64,000 nt of DNA from an uncultured Chloroflexia bacterium (GCA_963845925.1 CAWJUA010000025.1:88600-152599); one strand, 5' to 3'; counted from the stretch's first letter, positions 18,151-29,132 are shown. A program made the numbers and translations. The notes: a model not told the origin generated them from the sequence alone.

Positions 18151-18260
18151 GGGACGCCTCCTTCGTCAGATCCTGCACACGCAGGACGCAAGGCCGTTTG
18201 GGCAACGAGGAAACCGGGCTTCCCGGTGTCCTGGCCGGGCGGGTGGCCATCGGTCGGTCA

Positions 18261-18314
18261 GTCGCTCCTCGCCTGGGCCTGTGGCATGCAAATAATAGGA
18301 AGATATAGTCCCAT
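18261..18314 (-). pseudogene. remnant of a PadR-gene 5' end (18 codons, 'MGLYLPII..')
   Basis: The 30-nt stretch 18291-18320 ('aataggaagatatagtcccattgtcaa') matches the PadR gene start at 17421-17450 in 26 of 30 positions. That includes an exact AT-rich 13-mer. Confidence 0.45.
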
Positions 18315-18354
18315 TGTCAACCGTTTGCCCAAGCCACACGAGCCTGGTTGCAGA

Positions 18355-18560
18355 GCTTGACCTGGAAACGTGGGACGTCGCCGACTCGCCGTTCGTCGCG
18401 CTCCTCAGCTCCGTCACGACGAACGAACAGGCAGCCGAGGTGCTGCGCCAGTTCCTGACCCGCGAGGTCGTCGGCCGGGTCGCCGCCTCGCTTGGGCTGG
18501 ATCGGCCGCAGTTGCGGGCCGCTCTTGCCGCAAGCCACCTCGTCGGCCCGCGCGCTAGCG
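18355..18560 (+). pseudogene. fragment of a TetR-family regulator (C-terminal half only)
   Basis: 'ETWDVADSPFVALLSSVTTNEQAAEVLRQFLTREVVGRVAASLGLDRPQLRAALAASHLVG' is ~85% identical to residues ~95-165 of the full TetR at 33845-34421. The N-terminal HTH half is absent. Confidence 0.55.
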
Positions 18561-18614
18561 GGCCCTCAGGATCAGCGGCGGATCGCGTTGAACGCCGCTC
18601 GGCCGGTCAGCGAC

Positions 18615-19190
18615 TCAGCCGGCAGTTGCCCGTGGCCCAAACAGCGCTCCTGACCAGCCGGCCACGATCAGCACCCCGATCGCCGCGAGGGCGATTACGG
18701 TCGCCCCCGAGATCTGGTCGGCGAGCGGGCCCGCGACGAGGATCGGCACGAGGCTGGCCGCGCTGACGATCGACGCCAGCACACCAATTCAAGTGCTGGT
18801 CGCGGCCCCGCTGACCGGATCGCCCGGGCGCGTGATGATCGCTGCGCCGAGGATCATCGCCGGTGTCACCGCGGCCGCGGTCGCCAGCCGCGGGACACCG
18901 GCGAGGTAGAAGCCGGCTCCGAGGCCGAGCGAGCTCACCGCAAGGCCACGCAGGGTCGAGTCGGGCAGCGTCTGCAGCGCAGTCGTCGTCGCCTTCGCGC
19001 GGGAACGTGTCGTCTGCGCCGTCGCGGACAGCTGGGAGCCCAGCGTCCTGGCCGACGAGCTGGCCAGATCGAAGGCGTCCGACGCACGCCGGACGGCGAT
19101 CCGGAGTCGCGTCCGACCGCTGCCCGTGGATGCCGGGGAGCCGGTTGAGCTTGGCTCGGGTTTCGGTGTCATGCCGGCTCCAATCCTGGT
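18615..19190 (-). pseudogene. remnant of an MFS transporter paralogue (C-terminal half, with in-frame stop)
   Basis: Positions 18615-18782 encode '..IGVLASIVSAASLVPILVAGPLADQISGATVIALAAIGVLIVAGW..'. This is near-identical to the C-terminus of the MFS gene at 30758-32006. Upstream, in frame across a TGA at 18789, ORF 18789..19247 shows weaker MFS-like similarity. Confidence 0.5.
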
Positions 19191-19293
19191 GCTTATCTCT
19201 GGAACAGCCGGACGGGACCGACTCCGGATGGGTCGGTCGGTCCGCACTGGATCCTCACTGAGCGACGATCCGGGGGAATGCGGTCAGGTCGGC

Positions 19294-19560
19294 TCAGCTG
19301 CGGCTGAGGCCGCGCGAACCGCGCGCGAACCTCGCCACGAAGACGACCGCGATGGCGCCGAGGGTGGCGATGAGGATGCTCTCGATGTTGATGCCGTTGA
19401 CGGACCCGATATGGAGGACGCTCGTCGCAACGAACCCGCCGATAAGACCGCCGACGATGCCGAGCACGACCATCATCAGCAGGCCCTCACGTGAGCCCAT
19501 GACCTGATTGGCGAGGAAGCCGGCGATCGCGCCGACCACGATCCACGCAATGAAACCCAT
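19294..19560 (-). CDS. GlsB/YeaQ/YmgE-family stress-response membrane protein
   Basis: An 88-aa protein 'MGFIAWIVVGAIAGFLANQVMGSREGLLMMVVLGIVGGLIGGFV..' with the glycine-zipper TM helices of this family. The rest of ORF 19294..20100 is shadow. Confidence 0.65.
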   Translation of the reverse strand: MGFIAWIVVGAIAGFLANQVMGSREGLLMMVVLGIVGGLIGGFVATSVLHIGSVNGINIESILIATLGAIAVVFVARFARGSRGLSRS

Positions 19561-19667
19561 CGAACTCAGTTCCTTCCGTATTCGCGCTGCGATCCCAAAT
19601 CGGACCGGCGCGGTGAGCGGGCGAAGCCCTGCCCGCTCGGGGACCGCGTGGCGGTCACATCCCGGCG

Positions 19668-20081
19668 TTATGCCGCAACACGATCCCGCCGGAAGATCCC
19701 GACCGCCCAGAGGACGATCAGCTCGAGGACCGTCCACCCGACCAGGGCCACGATGGCGGTGATGTCGAGGACGGAACCCGCGGAGTGGAGGGAGTCCGTC
19801 CGGAGGATCCCCTCGAACGGCGCGACGAACAGCTGGCTGACGTTGAGGATGGCCGACACGAGGCCGTTGGCCTCCCTGGCGTCGAGCAGGAGCAGGACGA
19901 TGCGGGCCGCGATCAGGATCTGGATGATCCCGAAGACGAGGATGATGATGCGGCGGCTCATCTCGGAGGCGCCGGGGCTGCTCGTGGCGGTGTGGCTGCT
20001 CTGCGTCCGCACCGTCTGTTGGCCCGCTGGACTGGTGGGTTCCTGGGTGACGACCGTCTGGTCGACTTGATCGATGGCCAA
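19668..20081 (-). CDS. small membrane protein (137 aa)
   Basis: TTG start at 20081 preceded by AAAGGAGGAA with a 5-nt spacer. Two long hydrophobic helices ('RIIILVFGIIQILIAARIVLLLL', 'ITAIVALVGWTVLELIVLWAVGIF'). Confidence 0.55.
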   Translation of the reverse strand: MAIDQVDQTVVTQEPTSPAGQQTVRTQSSHTATSSPGASEMSRRIIILVFGIIQILIAARIVLLLLDAREANGLVSAILNVSQLFVAPFEGILRTDSLHSAGSVLDITAIVALVGWTVLELIVLWAVGIFRRDRVAA

Positions 20082-20398
20082 GGCTTCCTCCTTTGCGCAA
20101 GGCATCCGGGGAAGCGAGGCCTCAAGGCCACGCCGGGCGACGCTCCGGCCAATGCTGTCCTTGCAGTGAAACACTCGGTGGCGCGTATTGTCAACTGTAG
20201 TGTTGTATATCAACTGTAGGTGCGGTGCGTGGTGGCACCGTCGATCGTTGGCTGTCCACACCGTGGTCGCTGCTGGTAGGCATCCCGCTTGGCGATACGT
20301 TTGCGGTGGGCGCAACCGTCGACTTCGTCAAGGTGCCTGAAGGTCGCAGCGGAGGGGTCGCGCCTGGAGCCGCGGCGCGGAGCGGACGATCGCGAGCG

Positions 20399-21168
20399 CT
20401 ATTCGGGCGGCTGCTCGCTCCCCTCCGGCCCGCCGTCCCACCCGGCATTCGAGAAGGTGGGAACGAACCGGTAACCCTGGCCCGGGACCGTGGCGATGAA
20501 GCGCGGGTGGCGGTAGTCATTCTGGAGCTTGATGCGCAGCGTCCGGATGTGGCGATCGACGATGTTGCTCTCAGCAACGAAGTCAGTGCCCCAGATGGCA
20601 TCAAGGATCTGTTCCCGGGTGACCACGCGGCCGCTTCGACTGGCGAGCAGATACAGGATGCTCTGCTCGATCCCGCTCAAATGAACGATCGACGTGCCCG
20701 CACGCACCTCGCGATTGAGGATGTCGAGCTCCATCTCGCCGAGCTTGACCGTGGGGACGATGGATGGTCGACTCCGAACGCTCGCCGGCTGATGACGACC
20801 GATCGAGCCAGCAATTCCTCGGGCGAGAAGGGCACCGTCAGGATGTCGTCGACCCCGAGATCGAACGCCCTGAGCTTGGACTTCAGATCGCCGCGTCGCG
20901 TTAAACCAAGGACCGGCGTAACGCTCCGAGTCATGTTGTTCGAAGCGCCGAGACGCTGGAGCAAGTCGGTGCTGTCGTCGTGGTCCATGTCGATGACGGC
21001 CATGTGGGGGCGCCAGTCGGCGAGGATCGCCTCTGCCTCTTCCAGGCTGCGTGCAGCCCGAACGACGAAAACGCCGTGATTGAGCGTCAACTCAATCAGG
21101 TCCACGACAAGCGGCCGATCGTGCAGCACGAGCGCCCGACGAGCTTCATCGGGTCGAATTGCCGGCAT
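20399..21168 (-). pseudogene. OmpR-family response regulator (receiver plus winged-helix) with a frame change between the domains
   Basis: The receiver domain sits in ORF 20677..21189, with the acidic pocket replaced by 'LVLHDRP'. The C-terminal 'MELDILNREV..LYLLASRSGRVVTREQILDAIWG..RHIRTLRIKL' is in ORF 20399..20734. The frames join near 20745. No histidine kinase lies adjacent. Confidence 0.6.
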
Positions 21169-21192
21169 GACTGACATCAGTTTGACCAAGCG

Positions 21193-21440
21193 CTCGAAAG
21201 GTCGATTGCGCGCAGGTATAGCAGATGAACAGTCGTAATGACGGACGGCGTGCCCGGCAAGACACTCGGATCAGCGAACGGTGTGGAGCGTCGCGTCGCC
21301 GCGCCGGGAGCTCGGCCGATGCCTGAGACAGACGACTTCCGTGCCCAGGGACGGGATTGAAGGAGGCCGGTCGATGCCCGACGTGGAGCGGACGTCACGC
21401 TGAGCAAAGAGACGTTGATTGAGCGCGCTTCGACGAGCGC
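21193..21440 (+). repeat. copy 1 of a ~210-nt conserved non-coding leader element, upstream of the ABC substrate-binding-protein gene
   Basis: It shares conserved blocks with 29525-29725: 'gcgctcgaa', 'agcagatgaacagtcgtaatgacgg', 'acact(c/t)ggatc', 'acggtgtg', 'ccgatg', and 'ggtcgatgcccgacgt'. A GC-rich self-complementary 'gagcgcgc..gagcgcgc' follows, before the SD and ATG at 21481. Confidence 0.6.
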
Positions 21441-21480
21441 GCCGCAGGAGGCCCGAACCAGCGGTCAAGTGGAGGTGGAC

Positions 21481-22841
21481 ATGTTTCGGAATTGGCTCGT
21501 CTCGGGGGCATCTCTACCGCCCTCGTCTTGATCCTGGCGGCGTGCAGCGGCGGAAGCAGTAGCGGCGCCCCGAGCGGCGGCAGCGTCGCGGGAGGCAGCC
21601 CGGCGGGCAGCGCGGCGGCCGGAAGCGCGGCGGCCGGAAGCGCTGCGGCGGCCGGGCCCACCGGCCCGATCAAGATCTGGTACTCGAACAACAAGGAAGA
21701 GGTGACCTGGGGCAAGGCGGTCGTGGATGCATGGAACAAGGACCATCCGAACGAACAGGTGACAGGCGAGGAGATCCCGGCTGGCACGAGCTCCGAGGAA
21801 GTGATCGGTGCGTCGATCACGGCCGGCAACACACCGTGCCTGATCTTCAACACCGCCCCCGCGGCCGTGCCGCAGTTCCAGAAGGCGGGAGGCCTGGTCG
21901 CCCTGGACGATTTCCCGGATGGCGCCGCCTACATCAAGGAGCGGACCGGAGATCGCGCCGACCAGTACAAGTTCACCGATGGCAAGTTCTACCAGATGCC
22001 GTGGAAGACGAACCCGGTGATGATCTTCTACAACAAGGACGTCTTCACCAAAGCAGGCATCGCCACCGACAATCCGCCCCTCAAGACGTACGCCGAATTC
22101 CTTGAGACGGCCAAGACACTCGTCGCGAAGGGTGGTGTCCAGGCGGCGATCTGGCCCAGCCCGACTCGGAGTTCTATCAGCCCTGGTTCGACTACTACCC
22201 GCTCCTGATCGCTCAGAGCGGCGGCAAGGGCTTGATCGAGAACGGCGAACCGCAGTTCACGACGCCCGACGGGCTGGCTGCGGCCGAGTTCTGGAAGAGC
22301 TGTACGACCAGGGCCTGGCACCCAAGGAACCGTACAAGGGTGATTCCTTCGCCGATCAGAAGGCCGCCATGGCGATCGTCGGGCCGTGGGCCATCGCCGT
22401 CTACGGCGACAAGGTCAAGTGGGGCGCCGTGCCGGTCCCGACCAAGGACGGCAAGGACGCCAAGGACACGTCCACGTTCAGCGACGAGAAGTCCATCGGC
22501 ATGTACGTCAGTTGCCAGAACCGTGGGACGGCCTGGGAGTTCCTCAAGTTCGCGACGAACAAGGACAACGACGGCAAGCTGCTCGAGGGCACCGGCCAGA
22601 TGCCGATGCGGACGGACCTCACGACGGCGTATCCGGACTACTTCACGTCGCATCCCGAGTACAGCCAGTTCGCCGACCAGGCAGCCCGGACGGTCGAGGT
22701 CCCCATTGTCCCGAACTCGATCGAGGTGTGGCAGACGTTCCGCGACGCTACAGCGAATCGGTGATCTTCGGTAAGAAGCCGATCGATCAGGCGTTCAACG
22801 ACGCGGCCACGAAGATCAAGACCCTGATCAGCGGAGGCTGA
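21481..22841 (+). pseudogene. ABC transporter substrate-binding lipoprotein (family 1, sugar-type), multiply frame-disrupted
   Basis: The lipoprotein signal is 'LILAACSGG'. The mature protein is split over at least four frames: 21492..22208, 22232.., 22102..22764, and 22386..22841 ('..FGKKPIDQAFNDAATKIKTLISGG*'). Confidence 0.65.
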
Positions 22842-22880
22842 GCCGGTGGCCGTCGCGGTCGCGCCGCGCGCGTCGGACGG

Positions 22881-23760
22881 ATGCGGAAGGTCTTCGGGCA
22901 TGACCCGATCGGGGCCGTATTCGCCGCCCCGTACGCGATCTTCCTCGTCGCGCTGTTCGGCTACCCGTTGCTGCTGGCGATCTACATCTCGTTCTTCGAT
23001 TACTTCTTCGCAGCGCCAGGCGCCCTCGTCAATCGTCCCTTCGTGGGTCTGCAGAACTACACGCAGATTCTGAGCGACCCGGCGTTCCAACGGTCGGTCC
23101 TGAATGTCATCGAGTTCATCCTCATCAACGTCCCGTTGACGGTGGTGCTCTCGCTGGTGCTCGCGTCCGCACTCAACGCGAAACTCCCGTTTCGCGCGTT
23201 CTTCCGGACGAGCTACTACATCCCCTACGTAACCGCGAGCGTGGCCGTCATCGGCGTGTGGCTGTGGCTGTTCTCGGGCGATGGACTGGTGAACACCGTG
23301 CTCGGCCCGCTGGCGCCCGACCCGTCCTGGCTGGTCAACGAGTTCTGGGCGATGCCGATGATCGCGCTCGACGGTGACCTGGAAGCAGCTCGGTTTCTAC
23401 GTCCTCTTGTACCTCGCCGCGCTCCAGAACATCCCCCGTGAGCTGTATGAGGCGGCGGAGGTCGATGGTGCCGGGCAGTCAGGCGAATTCACCGCGGTCA
23501 CCGTGCCCGGAGTCCGCTCGGCGACGACGCTCGTCGTGATCCTCGCCACGATCATCGGCGCGAACCTGTTCACGGAACCGTATCTCCTGACCGGTGGCGG
23601 CGGCCCGGACGGTGCTTCCACGTCGCCGGTCCTGCTGATGTATCAGACGGGCATCCAGCAAGGCCACGCGGGTTATGCGGCAGCGATCGGCGTCATCCTC
23701 GCGATCGGCGTCATGGCTGATCTCCGGGGATCCAACGGTTCGTGCTGGAAAGGGACTAGC
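22881..23760 (+). pseudogene. ABC sugar-transporter permease (MalF/UgpA-like), frame-disrupted
   Basis: ORF 22881..23441 gives the TM helices. The 'EAA' loop region continues in the 23374..24246 frame ('TWKQLGFYVLLYLAALQNIPRELYEAAEVDGAGQ'). Confidence 0.6.
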
Positions 23761-23762
23761 CG

Positions 23763-24693
23763 ATGGCCACGACGGCGGCAGCGCCGCAGGCGACGACGGG
23801 CGAGCTCGCGACAACCCGCTCGCCGCGGTTCGGTGGGCCGGGTCGCTGGGCATGCTGGCGCTCGTGGTGGGCGCGATCGTGTTCCTGTTCCCCTTCTACT
23901 ACATGGTCATCGGAGCGCTGCAGCGGCGAACCGCGCACCGACCTCGCCGGCGCGTTTCCGAATCCGGCAAATCTCACGCTCGACAACTTCGTCGACATCA
24001 ACGCGTCAGGTCGACCTTGCCCGGACCCTCGTCAACTCCGCCATCTTCACCGGCGGCGTCCTGCTGTCGACCCTCGTCTTCGGGCTGCTGGCCGGCTACG
24101 CGCTGGCCCAACTGCGGTTCCGCGGCCGCACGGTGCTCTTCACGGTGATGCTCTTGATCCTGGTCCTGCCGTTCCAGCTGTTCATGATCCCGCTCTACGT
24201 GCTCGTCGTGCGCACTACGGCCTGTCGGACAGTTACCTCGGGATGATCCTTCCATTCGCGATCAACGCGACCGCGGTGTTCATCTTCCGGCAGTTCTTCA
24301 TGCAATTGCCCAGCGGAGCTGTTCGAAATCGGCCCGGATCGACGGCGCATCGAGATCCGCATTCTCCGCAGCATCGCGATCCCGCTGGCTCGCCCCGCGA
24401 TCATCATTGCGGTGATCGTGACGTTCATCGGGCCGTGGAACGAATTCCTGTGGCCGTTCCTGATCACCAAGCAGCACGACCTTCAGCCACTCGCGGTGGC
24501 CCTCGCCAACTACATCTCGACGGTCTCGGCACGCGCGGCGAACCCGTTCGGCTCGATCCTCGCCGGCGCGGTCGTGCTGGCGATCCCCGCGGTCGTGATC
24601 TTCGTCATCTTCCAGCGTCAGTTCGTCCAATCCAATCTCGGCTCGGGGGTGAAGGGATCGAGCGCACCGATCGCCGTCGGCGAGCCGGGATGA
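23763..24693 (+). pseudogene. ABC sugar-transporter permease (MalG/UgpE-like), multiply frame-disrupted
   Basis: Segments alternate across three frames: 'MLALVVGAIVFLFPFYYMVIGAL', 'DLAGAFPNPANLTLDNFVDI', 'LARTLVNSAIFTGGVLLSTLVFGLLAGYALAQLRFRG', '..ELFEIGPDRRRIEIRILRSIAIPLARPAIIIAVIVTFIGPWNEF..VIFQRQFVQ'. Confidence 0.6.
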
Positions 24694-25816
24694 ACATGGG
24701 CCGGCTGGCAGGGGCTGCCCCGCCCGGCACCGTTCCTTTCCGGCTTCAGCGACTCGGCGTCCTCATGGCGCCGCTGGCCGGCGAGCCGACCGAAGCGTGG
24801 GCGTCCTCAACCCGGCGTACCGCACGTCGTGACGGGGAGACGTATCTGTTTCCGCGGATGGTCGCGGAAGGCAACTTCTCGCGCATCGGGCGCGCGCGCG
24901 TCGTCTTCGACGCGAACGGCACGCCAGTGGACGTCGAGCGTCTCGGCACGGCCCTCGAACCGGAGGAAGCCTGGGAACTCCATGCCGGTGGCGGTGGGCG
25001 TGGAGGACCCGCGGATCACGTATCTCCCGTCCCTCGGGCGCTGGATCATGACGTACATCGCGTTCGGCCCGTTGGGTCCCCGGATCGGCCTCGCGGCTGT
25101 CGGTCGATCTCGAGCACTGGGAACGCCTCGGGCCGGCCTCGTTCGGATACCAGGCCGAGCCTTCGGACCGACCTCGGCATGTATCCCAACAAGGACGCCC
25201 TGCTCTTTCCCGAAGCCTGTCTCGGGTCCCGACGGCCGGCTGGCGTACGCCATGCTCCATCGGCCGATGTGGGACCTGTCCTTCGTCCTCGCCAAGGAGA
25301 GTGAGCCACTCCCGGCCGGACTCGCCGATCCCCGGCCCGGCATCTGGGTCAGCTTCGCGCCAGCGGCCGCCGTCGAGGCAAACCTCGCCGCGCTGACGCG
25401 GTTCGAGCAGCATCGCCTCGTCGCACTGCCGAAGCATCCCTGGGAGGCGCTGAAGATCGGCGGAGGGACGCCGCCGATCCGGATCGAGAGGGTTGGCTCG
25501 TCCTTCACCACGGCGTCACGGGCACCCATGCTCGCGGTTTCGATGTCCAGCCGAAGGTGCGCTACAGCGCGGGGGCGCTCGTCCTCGATGCGGATGACGT
25601 GACGCGCGTCGTCGCCCGGTCGGCCGACGCCGCTCCTCGAGCCTGAGCTGCCCGAGGAGGTGACGGGCACGGTCGGCAACGTCGTCTTTCCGACCGCGAT
25701 CGAGCCGGCCCGGAACGGCGACGCGTCGGCGTTTGACGTGTACTACGGCATGGCCGATCGCCGCATCGGGGTCGCGCGCCTGTCGAGGATCGCAACGGAG
25801 GACCGGCGCGACATGA
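24690..25816 (+). pseudogene. glycoside hydrolase family 130 (beta-mannoside phosphorylase-like), multiply frame-disrupted
   Basis: 'LFPRMVAEGNFSRIGRARVVFD', 'VEDPRITYLPSLGRWIMTYIAFGPLGPRIGLAAV', 'LAYAMLHRPMWDL', 'WLVLHHGV', and 'NVVFPTAIE..VYYGMADRRIGVARL' are spread over at least five frame segments. Its ATG overlaps the permease stop as ATGA. Confidence 0.6.
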
Positions 25817-27082
25817 CGGCATCGCGAGCCGCTCGGGGTGGGACTCGCGGGTTGCGGCGGTTTCGGGCGCTTCGTCCTGGCGGCGATCGCCGATCTGCCG
25901 GGGGTGGACGTGCGGCTGGTCACCGATCTCGACCTGGATCGCGCAGCGGCGGTGGCCAGCCGCTTCGGGCGCCAGCGTCGCCGCGAATTGGAGAGCATGC
26001 TCGCCGAGCCAACGGTGGACGTGGTGATCATCGCCACGCCGCCGGTGACCCACGGCGTCCATGGCTCTGGCCGCTGCCGAAGCCGGCAAGCACGTGTTCT
26101 GCGAGAAGCCGCTCGCGACCAGCCCGCCGGAGGCGAGCGCAGCGATCGAGGCCGCAGACCAGCGCAACACCAAGCTCACGGTCGACTACGTCATGCGGTG
26201 GAACCCGTTGTACCGGCTCATCCGGCGACTCCAGGCGTTGCGGCGGGCCGACGATCGGCTGGTGCTCGGCCGTCTCCGGCGGTTCGCCCTGGAGAACCTC
26301 GCGGCTGACGAGCGCCTGCCGGCCGACCATTGGTTCTGGGACCGTGCCACGAGCGGCGGCGATCTTCATCGAACACGGTGTCCATTTCTTCGATGCCGCG
26401 TCCTGGCTGCTCGGCGACCCGCCGATCAGCGTCGCGGCCATCCAGGCAGCCCGGACCAGCGGTGAGATCGACACGGTCGTCGCCAGCACGATCCATCCCG
26501 GCGGCGCGACCGCGACCTACGCCCATTCGTTCGCCCACCCGGATGGGGCCGAGTACCAGTCCGTGCTGCTCGACTGGGGCTTCGCACACGGCACGTTGCG
26601 CGGATGGATCCCGGTCGATCTCGAGCTGGACATCTGGACCGACGAGGATGGCGCGTTCGCCATCAGCGCCTTCGTGGACGACTCCACGCGGGCCTTGGCC
26701 GTTCCCGGCCTCCGCCCGTCGGGCATGGAACGCGTCGACCTCGAGATCGCCCAGATCGATGGCGCGGGTGCGCAGGCCTGGCGCAGCCGAGGCGAGGTCG
26801 ACCCGGTCACCTGCCGTGTTCCGGCTCCGCGCGACGCTCGGAGGTGAGGCGGCCAAGGCCCACGTCTACCGGGAATCCGTGCGGGCCGGCTGCGCTGATC
26901 TCGTCGACGCGATTCAGACCGGGCGGCCACCGACGGTTTCCGGACGCGAAGCCCACGACAGCCTGGCGACCGCGGTCGCGGCCCAGGAGGCGGCCGACTC
27001 GGGCCGCATGCAGGAGCTCCACCAGTTGCACCCGACAGGAGTCGTGCTGATGTTCCGATCGACCAGATCCCGACCGACCTGA
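25813..27082 (+). pseudogene. Gfo/Idh/MocA-family NAD(P)-dependent oxidoreductase, frame-disrupted
   Basis: Rossmann N-terminus 'RVGLAGCGGFGRFVL..VDVVIIATPP', then 'EAGKHVFCEKPLATS' and a C-terminal dimerisation region. These lie in ORFs 25838.., 26061.., 25660.. and 26330..27082. Confidence 0.55.
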
Positions 27083-27218
27083 TCGCCGCGCATCGGCGGC
27101 TCCCCGTTCTCGTCGACGGTCGACGCTCTTGCTGAGTAGCCTTACGGCCATGCCTGTCGCGCGCTGCGCCTGGCGCCGCTGACGAACCTCGCCCATCTCG
27201 ACTTCCTCGGCGACGCGC

Positions 27219-29132
27219 GTGACCCCGCCGACGCAGGCCGGTCACACGACCTACCGTCTCGCAGACGAGCCGAGCCATCGAGTGTGCTCTGGACCTATGC
27301 GGAGCCGCGGGCAGATGGCGGCTACCGGCGGCGTCGGTGGCGGCACCTATGACCCGGACACGAACACCTGCGGCCAGGGCGCCTTCAACACCGACGACCT
27401 GACGCGGGCCGCCGTCGTGTACCTCCGCCACTGGCGGCAGTTCGGCGACGATCACAGCCGCGACACGCGCCTATGGGCTGCTCCGGGCCGTGACCTACAT
27501 GCAAACGCTGATCGACGATTCGCAGGCGAGGCAACTTCGTGCTCTGGATGCAGCCGGACGGGACGCTCCACCCCAGCGCGACCCAAGGAGCTGCCCGACC
27601 CGTCCGACTTCGGACGCTCCGTACTGGCTGGCGCGATCGATCTGGGCGCTCGGCGAAGGCTACGAGGCCTTCCGAGACGCCGACCCGGCCTTCGCCGCCT
27701 TCCTTCGCAGCTCGCCTCGAGCTCGCCCTCGATGCGCTCGATCGCGAAGTCCTCGTCCGCTACGGCACCCACCGCCTGTTCGACGGGGCCAACATCCCGG
27801 CGTGGCTGATCGTTGACGGCGCCGACGCCATCGTCAGAGGCGGTGTACGGCCTCTCGGCCTACACCCGCGCCGGCCCGGAATGCTCGCGGCCCGACTCGA
27901 CCTCGGCGTCTTGCCGATGGCGTGGCCGAGATGGCGGTGTCGGACTCGCTGCGACCTGGCCGTTCGCCGCGATCCTGCCCGTACGCGGGCTCGCGTCGCT
28001 CTGGCACGCATGGGGCGACCAGATGGCGGGTGCTCTTGCGACGGCCGGTGCGGCGCTCGGAGAGGACCGGTTCACGAAGGTCGCGGTCGACAGAAGTCGT
28101 CTCGCTTCACACCGCACCTGCTGCGTCCAGGGCGGCGCCGATCAGGGCTGGCTGCCGGCGCCCGGCCGAGCTGCGCCCAGATCGCCTACGGCGCCGACGC
28201 CACGCTGCAGAACCTGCTCCGGACGGCCGACGCCACCGGGCTGGACCGGCTTCCGGAAGCTCGCCGGGTCGCAGGCGGCCTGGTATTTCGGCAATAACCG
28301 GTCCGGCGTGCAGATGTACGACCCGGCCACCGGGCGGACGTTCGACGGCCTCGAGGCCGACGGCCGGTCAACCGCAACAGCGGTGCCGAGAGCACGATCC
28401 ACGGCCTGCTGTCGATGCTGGCGCTCGACGCGCACCCCGATGTGGCCGCGGCGGCGACGTCCCGCAACTCGCGGGTCGAGCAGGTGAGCTGGTCCCTCGT
28501 CGAGGCCGAGTCCGGAACGCTCGAGGGCAAGGCAACTGTGGTCACCCCGGTCAGCGCATGGACCGGCGAGAGCCTCTGGAGCGGCGGCCAGCTATGTCGA
28601 GCTGGGCCCTGGCGGCCGGGTGACCGTCTCGGCGACGCTGCCCGAAACCGGCCGCTACCGGCTGCTGCCGGTCTTCGACCGGCAGGAGGCGCCGCTCGAC
28701 TCGCTCGGAACGCGTCATCGTGTCGACAGCGTGCCGCTCGGCATCCAGTGGCACGGCGGCGCGGGAGCCCAGGGGGTTTCGCCGACCTCCGGCTTCCTCG
28801 ATATCGGGAACGTGGGCTCAGACCGCGTGCTCGACGCCGGGCCGGTTGCCATCGAGTCGGCATATGTCGGCGACGGCGCACCGGTTCGCCTTGACGCGCT
28901 GCTCGTCCAGCCAGAGATCGAGCGGCTGCTCCTCTCCGGCGACGGCGGCCGGCAGGGCGTCCTCCGCAGCTGGGCCACGGAGCGACGCCTCGCCGCGCTG
29001 GATGCCGGGTCCGGCGGCCTGACGGCCTTTGCCTACGACGTGAACGGCAGGCTGGTCGAGACGACGCACGGCACTGGCAACTTCTCGGTGCCTGTCGAGC
29101 CGTATGGCTTCACATATCTCCTTGGAGATTGA
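27219..29132 (+). pseudogene. large secreted glycoside-hydrolase-like protein (alpha/alpha-barrel type suspected), heavily frame-disrupted
   Basis: Protein-like segments are spread over at least six ORFs: 'YLRHWRQFGDD', 'WLIVDGADA', 'SLWHAWGDQ', 'AAWYFGNNRSGVQMYDPATGRTFDGLEADG', and a C-terminal beta-sandwich ending '..PYGFTYLLGD*'. The family is not assigned. Confidence 0.35.

Noticed and set aside
21228-21335. Conserved 'ATGAACAGTCGTAATGACGG' mini-ORF inside the repeated leader, a possible leader peptide
   Set aside because: The two copies diverge by a 1-nt indel after codon 8. That gives unrelated peptides of 35 and 70 aa. Conservation is at the nucleotide level, not the peptide level.
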